Below the pieces are notes generated by a model. That model made no database searches and was not told the DNA's origin. It saw only the letters and a program-made list of their open reading frames with translations. Position numbers and translations under genes: made by a program. Below, one piece after another: positions 62,540 to 64,000 of a DNA stretch of 64,000 nucleotides. The DNA comes from Nitrospirota bacterium (GTDB lineage: Bacteria > Nitrospirota > Thermodesulfovibrionia > Thermodesulfovibrionales > UBA9159). Numbering within the stretch: the stretch's first letter is position 1; every line of letters starts with the position of its first letter. The DNA lies in NCBI GenBank assembly GCA_963699545.1, contig CAVOUE010000004.1, positions 96,001 to 160,000 on the forward strand, written 5' to 3'.

Positions 62540-63009
62540 TCAGACACTGTCAGCCACAACTACCAGCGGGCACTGGAGATTCCGCCATGCATCGGAAAGC
62601 CCTGTGCCTTTCCCCTTGCAGTCAACCTCCAGGTTCTCTGTCGACTCGATGACCGCAAAGAGGATCTCTTTTTCAACGCGGTGTAGTCGATGATCGCCTG
62701 TTTCAGACACCCGCTTCTCTGAACCAGCCGGTGGCTGATCCCTTCTTTCCCTAATTCTGAGATGCATTCATCAAACGCCGTGTCCGGAGCATCGGTGGAT
62801 GAGACATACAGAATATCCAGACCCGCTCCGATCCTTTTACAGGTATTCATGGCGTATCTGAATGTTCTTCTGTCCACCTGCCCTTTCATGAGCGCGAGCA
62901 GGACCCTTCTCTCGTCCTTCAGGAATTCCCTGGCTGTTTCAAACTCCCCTTCCTCTGCAAAGGAAACCGCAGACATCAGGTCTTCTATCTTCTTCTTCAT
63001 GCTCCTCAT
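62540..63009 (-). CDS. USP-like hypothetical with FAEEGE motif (frameshift near 62670)
   Basis: MSAVSFAEEGEFETARE; ends CPLVVV in second frame. Confidence 0.7.
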
Positions 63010-63017
63010 GGTAGCGG

Positions 63018-63191
63018 TTACCTTTTCGCTCCGGGTGCCGAAATCCGTGCCGTTTTCCGTGCAACCTGGGTATCACGCTTCCGATCCCTTGCCTCCTCCC
63101 GCATGATTTCCCTGGCTGTTTCAAACTCGCCAGCCTCCGCAAAGGTGATTGCTGTGAAGATCTGTTCAAATTTCTTTGTGAATCCTTTCAT
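63018..63191 (-). CDS. 57-aa FAEAGE-motif protein
   Basis: FTAITFAEAGEFETAREIM; RBS AAGGAGG. Confidence 0.8.
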   Translation of the reverse strand: MKGFTKKFEQIFTAITFAEAGEFETAREIMREEARDRKRDTQVARKTARISAPGAKR

Positions 63192-63227
63192 TATCTTGTT
63201 CCTCCTTTTACTGATTACCTTTCTTAT

Positions 63228-63243
63228 TACATGTTTCGTGCCA
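63228..63243 (-). promoter_or_regulatory. Variant sigma54 promoter
   Basis: TGGCACGAAACATGTA: perfect -24, GT instead of GC at -12. Confidence 0.45.
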
Positions 63244-63536
63244 AGCGCGTTCACAGACCTAACCAGCTGAAATTAAGTGGATATTATCTTCTGTCAGACG
63301 TGAGCAGAAAATCTTGGAAGATGCAAAGTGCAACAGGAATAAGATCGCGGTGAGAGGATGGCGCCATAAATCGGCCTGCGGGCTACCGGCAGGACCAAAA
63401 AATATACTGTTGATATTTGCAATGGCAGCAGACTATATGAAACGCCACGGGAGAGAGAGACCAAATCTTGTTCAAGACGGAGAACATGATACAATTGGGT
63501 AGTAAACTCCAGGAACAGGAAAGGGCAGGTTCCTTT

Positions 63537-63983
63537 ATGCCGCATGCCGGATTAATGGATGAGAGTGCCATGGGACCAGAGGAAGGACCGTTACAGCGGG
63601 CGAGACTTCACATTCGGGGTGGCAGGAGAAGGTTGCGACAGGGGAAGCTGCCCGCCGGAATTGTCACCCTTTACGATGCAGTTTGTTCGGCCCTCGAATG
63701 GTATTTTGCATCCCCCGGGCGAAGGGAGGGGCTGATTATCAATGAAGATGATGACCTCCGGGATGATAAAACCCTTTATGAGATATTAACTCGCTCCGGG
63801 GTGCTCGACGGTCGTTTTGATTACAAAGCGTTTAACAAGCTGATAGAAAGGGTGTTGTATACCGACTCTGTGGATTTTGATCACCAGGAGATGTTGCATG
63901 AAGTTGAATCCTTCATGACCCGGCTTGGCGTCATGCCCTTTGATGAAGGAGAGCTTCCCCCGGAGGACCCCTCAACGTTCTAA
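63537..63983 (+). CDS. Hypothetical protein
   Basis: MPHAGLMDE...LPPEDPSTF; protein-like composition; start uncertain. Confidence 0.7.
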   Translation: MPHAGLMDESAMGPEEGPLQRARLHIRGGRRRLRQGKLPAGIVTLYDAVCSALEWYFASPGRREGLIINEDDDLRDDKTLYEILTRSGVLDGRFDYKAFNKLIERVLYTDSVDFDHQEMLHEVESFMTRLGVMPFDEGELPPEDPSTF

Positions 63984-64000
63984 GGAATCCAGGAGTTTCT

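Overview
Bacterial chromosomal segment. Gene content and style suggest Nitrospirota (Thermodesulfovibrionia-like) or Desulfobacterota; this is an inference. From left to right: (1) the tail of an accessory, putative defence island, with a large helical-repeat/tandem-PIN protein plus partner, a duplicated pilR 3' end, a toxin-first vapBC pair and a DUF499 stub; (2) the type IV pilus cluster pilB-pilT-pilC-pilS-pilR; (3) rpmH-yidD-yidC with no rnpA; (4) dnaE-accA; (5) small redox/metal genes missed or truncated by the ORF track (UxxC seleno-glutaredoxin, DUF1059, a 20-aa Cys micropeptide), then ALDH and copA; (6) nnr, pgeF, CBS, tsaE, nadK, udg, hit; (7) an ECF sigma/Spy module; (8) two related, probably sigma54-driven TauE/USP/two-component clusters separated by a cassette-like island (BrnTA, 42-bp direct repeats, an attC site). 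The most novel candidate is a gene pair whose products each carry a PilB/GspE N-terminal domain and together carry five Arg-rich DUF202 (Vtc1-like) units, matching the pentameric stoichiometry of the yeast VTC polyphosphate channel. Many small frameshifts, including two in essential dnaE, point to uncorrected sequencing indels, so split or fused ORFs need caution. No tRNA, rRNA or CRISPR array was seen.
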